From an uncultured Nitrososphaeraceae archaeon (GTDB lineage Archaea; Thermoproteota; Nitrososphaeria; Nitrososphaerales; Nitrososphaeraceae), in assembly GCA_963729045.1 (NCBI GenBank), contig CAVSMN010000019.1, positions 1 through 47,502 on the forward strand: DNA of 47,502 nt, written 5' to 3'. Positions 43,885 through 47,502 of this stretch are shown here, in pieces (the first letter of the stretch is position 1; each line of letters begins with the position of its first letter). The position numbers and the translations under genes are program-made. A model generated the notes under the pieces. The model was not told where the DNA came from. It saw only the letters and a program-made list of their open reading frames with translations, and made no database searches.

Positions 43885-44214
43885 TTGAAACTTGGATTTA
43901 TCAAACCTGTGCTCATTCTTGCTAGCATTTATGTATTGATATACTTTGCATTTGCTGCTGGATTAATAAATGCAATTATAGAAGGCCATGATTACAATCA
44001 GGCTGTTTTTCTACCATCTCGAGCAGTACAAAACAACTATGAGACGATGATAGGCATTACTTTGTTGGTATTTGGATTTGTTGGTGCCCTGATAGCTGTC
44101 AAGGCATTTAATGTAGAAAAACTATATGAAAAATATGCCCTATTGGGTTCAGGCTTTTTGATAATGATGGTATCTTTAATTTTCATGTACAAGATAATGG
44201 AATTAAAGGCCTAA
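43885..44214 (+). CDS. Three-TM membrane protein resembling OST3/OST6-family (OSTC/DC2-like) oligosaccharyltransferase subunits
   Basis: Three hydrophobic segments; YF..AG.I..II, FL..R..Q...E, G..G and GF....S..M...M.K pattern. The CDS itself is likely; the family call is tentative. Confidence 0.55.
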   Translation: MKLGFIKPVLILASIYVLIYFAFAAGLINAIIEGHDYNQAVFLPSRAVQNNYETMIGITLLVFGFVGALIAVKAFNVEKLYEKYALLGSGFLIMMVSLIFMYKIMELKA

Positions 44215-44925
44215 AGAAACCGAGTTAAAATCTGCTGAAGGTTTTTTGATTATTTTCCGAGTATGCGGAAAATTAGGAAAATCAGGCAAGGTTTTGTAAG
44301 CGGAACTAGGAGTTTTCTTTAAGATAGTAATAAACAAATCATCCTTATCTTGAAAATATTCAAGTAAAGAAACTAAATTTGAAATCCTTCTGAAATGATT
44401 ATTTTCCTGATATGGAAATGCATCATCTGAAATAGTTTCAGATATTAATCGATCGATGCTACTTTGTGACTGATAGGATGTGATTATTACTGGTATTTCC
44501 TTATTCGGATGACACTCAAATAGTATTTTTATCAAGTTTAAGCTCTTATATCCTGCGTGTTTTGCAGGAGCACGATTCAACCTGGCGATGCGGTTGAGGC
44601 CCTTCATATTTTTGTCATTGTTGGCAATCTCATTAATCCCATAAAAGTTAAAGTAATCTAACAACCCATTTAGTGAATCTATTACTATGAGTGAATTGCA
44701 TTTATCATATTCAATAAACTTGTCGACCATCGCACTGTGGGTAATTTGATAAGGAAGAAATATCTCAATATCATGATAAGGATCACACTTTGAACATAAA
44801 GCCTGATTATTTTTTAGTGAGGTCAATTGAGTGTCAAAATCCATTATCAAAATATTCCAACCCCTAAATTCAGTGATTAATTTCTCAATTAAGGTTATTT
44901 TAGCATTAATATCATAATAATACAT
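44203..44925 (-). CDS. Divergent RecA/RadB-fold-like protein lacking a canonical Walker A
   Basis: ILIMDFD, Walker-B-like LIVIDSLNGL, IPVIITS; no GxxxxGK[ST]. Confidence 0.5.
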   Translation of the reverse strand: MYYYDINAKITLIEKLITEFRGWNILIMDFDTQLTSLKNNQALCSKCDPYHDIEIFLPYQITHSAMVDKFIEYDKCNSLIVIDSLNGLLDYFNFYGINEIANNDKNMKGLNRIARLNRAPAKHAGYKSLNLIKILFECHPNKEIPVIITSYQSQSSIDRLISETISDDAFPYQENNHFRRISNLVSLLEYFQDKDDLFITILKKTPSSAYKTLPDFPNFPHTRKIIKKPSADFNSVSLGL

Positions 44926-45013
44926 TAAATTTATTCCACTTGAGATTATGGGATATAGAAATGAAGGTAGTATTTCAGCTCACCTTAAATAATAATGCCT
45001 AATCTGATATATA

Positions 45014-46436
45014 TTGAGTAACCAAGGAAACATGACTATTTTTGATAAAGAAATGTTAGACAGTATCAACTCAGATTTTTATATAACCAAAAGAAGAATC
45101 TATTTGAATAATGGTTCGATTAGCCCTCTTCCCATTTCTTCCATTAAATCAATGACAGATTTTAATATACGATATTCCGAAGTTGGTCCAGATTCTAAAG
45201 AGTTTGCAGATTATATGGACGAACTTAAATTGGAGACTCGAAAACGGGTTGCAGATCTCCTAAATGGGCGCGAGGACGAAATTATTTTCACCCAAAGTAC
45301 CACAGAAGGAATCAACATGATTGCTAATGGACTGGCTTGGAAAGGTAATGATAGATTATTAATTAGGAATTCATTAAACGAGCACTTTTCAAATTATTTG
45401 CCTTGGATACGACTTTCTGCAGAAAAAAACCTACAAGTCAGAAGTTTTCCAGAAGAAAGGGTTGAGAGTTATGGAAATTCACTGATTGAGAAATTTGCCA
45501 GTATTTATGAGAAAGACACTTTTAAATTGGTTTCTACAAGTCATGTAATTTATAATGATGGATCAATCACTCCAGTTGACAAAATCGGAAACATAATAAA
45601 AAAAAGGAACAAAGATACTCTGTTTTCCATTGATGGAGCTCAAAGTGTTGGTGCCATGATAACCGACGTAAAGAAAATGAAATGCGATTTTCTAACTTTT
45701 CCTGGCTTTAAGTGGCTGTGTGGGCCTTTAGGGGTTGGAATACTCTATGTCAAAAAGCAGGTGATGGAAGATTTGAATCCGGTGTCCATTGGATTCAGGA
45801 ACTGCAGAACTTGTATATCCTAAAAACAGAAACTCAAAGGTAGAAAAGAGCAAGAACTCAAGGGAATCCACTAGATACCTTAAGTATCCAGAAAAGTATC
45901 ATGCTACTTTTAGGAACTTCCCCGGGTTGGCAGGACTTGAAGCCTCACTGCGATATCTACTAAGAGTAGGAATACAAAATATTTTCCAACGCAACAAATA
46001 TCTTGCTTCAATATTGAGGCAGGAATTAATGAAAATGAATGATTTAGTAATGCATGAAGCAACTCAGGAAGAATTTAGATCATCACTTGTTTCATTTTCT
46101 TTTAGAAAACAAAATAATGCCAGAATCCAAAAATTAAATGCCAGGCTACAGAAGGAAGGGGTGATTTTGGCAGAAAGGGAAATAGGTACAAGAAAAATCT
46201 TGAGAGCATCACCACATTTTTACAATTCCGAAGATGAAATGGTAAGGACAGCCAACTCAATAAGATCATTGATAAAAGTTATTAGATTAGAAGGAGGAGG
46301 AGGAATAGAACGAGGAGACTCCTACTATCATCGTTACCACTATTACTTTAGCACGCTCATATCAACACTCTATTTTCTACGATCTAATTTAGATAATTGT
46401 TTAAAAAGTAATATTAAAGGAATAGGGATCAATTGA
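45014..46436 (+). CDS. PLP-dependent class V aminotransferase (SufS/C-DES-like); +1 frameshift near 45794; C-terminus probably over-extended
   Basis: IYLNNGS, FTQSTTEGIN, EHFSNYLPW, IDGAQSVG, GFKWLCGP (PLP lysine), RASPHFYNSEDE. Confidence 0.85.
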
Positions 46437-47022
46437 GTAACTGAAAGTCATCAGGCAATTTACAAAGATGGGGACGGTTGGTTGGACGGATACGGAGTCA
46501 TTCAAAGCACTACAGTGAAAAATTATTATCGATTCATGAGTATGTCTCAAAAAAGATATCTGAAGTCACTATGAGGTTGGCTCAATAATTCCCTGATTAT
46601 CCGAAACTCAATGAGGCTCATAATTGCAAAAACATTGAATTTGTAAATTTATTGTTATGATAAATTGAGCTGGGGAAATGTTGACAACTAATATAATATC
46701 TCAATTTCTCTAGAATGTTCAACAGTCCTTTTGTATATTTAGATTTAGATATAATACACCATAATCAAGATATATTTAAATTTCTAATTTCATAACTGAA
46801 CCGTTTGATTTTAGATAAATATGGTGTACTTTTTTATCTTGATTTGTTTGTAAGTTAGATTTACCGACATAATCGGATTCATGAAAAAAACAAGATGGAG
46901 GTTAAAAAAATAGATAATCATTACCCTGATATTATCTTAAATTAAGGGAACGCTCTTATGTTAACACTTTTTTTTCTATCAAGTTACCAAATCGAAAAGG
47001 GATATAGAAAACGATATTCAAG

Positions 47023-47265
47023 TCAACGTGATTGTCCTTCAATAACTATCATTGTCAAAGTAGAGCGAACCTTATCTATTTTGCGGATTCGCCATGTAAT
47101 AATTTCCCTCAATTTATCCATATTATCAGACGATATTCTTACTATAATATCATAGACTCCAAACACTCCGTTTACTTCATTAACTTCTGGAACCTCCTTT
47201 ATTTTCTTAATAATCTCGGCTTCGGAACCTAGATCACAATTTAACAATACATAAGCAGTCGGCAT
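47023..47265 (-). CDS. Stand-alone Lrp/AsnC ligand-binding (RAM) domain protein
   Basis: MPTAYVLLNC.LG.E...EV.GVFGVYD..IRKI..VRSTLT; clear paralogue of 16962..17216. Confidence 0.9.
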   Translation of the reverse strand: MPTAYVLLNCDLGSEAEIIKKIKEVPEVNEVNGVFGVYDIIVRISSDNMDKLREIITWRIRKIDKVRSTLTMIVIEGQSR

Positions 47266-47385
47266 ACCTATTAAAAGATGGATAAAGTATTAAATCTTTA
47301 TTAACCAACAATTATGAAAAATATCAAGACACTAATTCCGTTAAACTCATATTTCATCGCTCTAGACATTTTTGATTGCAAATAA

Positions 47386-47393
47386 TTAATATA
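47386..47393 (+). promoter_or_regulatory. Putative TATA box of tRNA-Ser
   Basis: TTAATATA ending about 25 bp before the tRNA 5' end. Confidence 0.45.
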
Positions 47394-47417
47394 CCCATGC
47401 CAAAAAATAATGGTAAA

Positions 47418-47501
47418 GCGGGGGTCGCCTAGCCTGGTAGGGCGTGGGATTGCTAATCCCATGTTCGCAAGAACTCGTGGGTTCGAATCCCACTCCCCGC
47501 G
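47418..47501 (+). tRNA. tRNA-Ser (GCT), intron-less, long variable arm
   Basis: GCGGGGG/TCCCCGC acceptor; TGGGA-TTGCTAA-TCCCA anticodon arm; GTTC-GCAA-GAAC variable arm; GTGGG-TTCGAAT-CCCAC T arm; G discriminator. Confidence 0.96.
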
Positions 47502-47502
47502 C

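Noticed and set aside
46290..46436. C-terminal tail EGGGGIERGDSYYHRYHYY on the aminotransferase as a novel domain
   Set aside because: The fold normally ends shortly after the YN..ED helix; the tail is low-complexity and probably read-through from another indel.

Overview
AT-rich archaeal chromosomal segment. Gene content and sequence style point to an ammonia-oxidising archaeon (Nitrososphaerota, probably Nitrosocosmicus-like; this assignment is inference). It is mostly core genome: leuS, EF-2, futalosine menaquinone genes (mqnD, mqnE, mqnC) with HMG-CoA synthase, threonine ammonia-lyase, PduO, a large S-layer-like surface protein with a (QNG)13 repeat, a UbiE-like/UbiA-like gene pair, a TIGR00300 ornithine cyclodeaminase, aspS-gatC-gatA-gatB, trxA, alaS, purP, tatA, tmk-HD-pyrH and a class V aminotransferase. 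There are two tRNA genes: Phe(GAA) with a non-canonical 30/31 BHB intron, and Ser(GCT). About ten single-base frameshifts (nine are +1 insertions), three of them in essential leuS, indicate an unpolished assembly rather than real pseudogenes. Items not shown by the ORF track: a decayed IS6-family element, a 76-bp direct repeat bracketing an A16 tract, and three small ORFs. Also notable are a pair of distant 110-aa paralogues and a 3-TM protein resembling eukaryotic OST subunit OSTC/DC2 (OST3/6 family). I found no CRISPR array, prophage or recognisable defence system.
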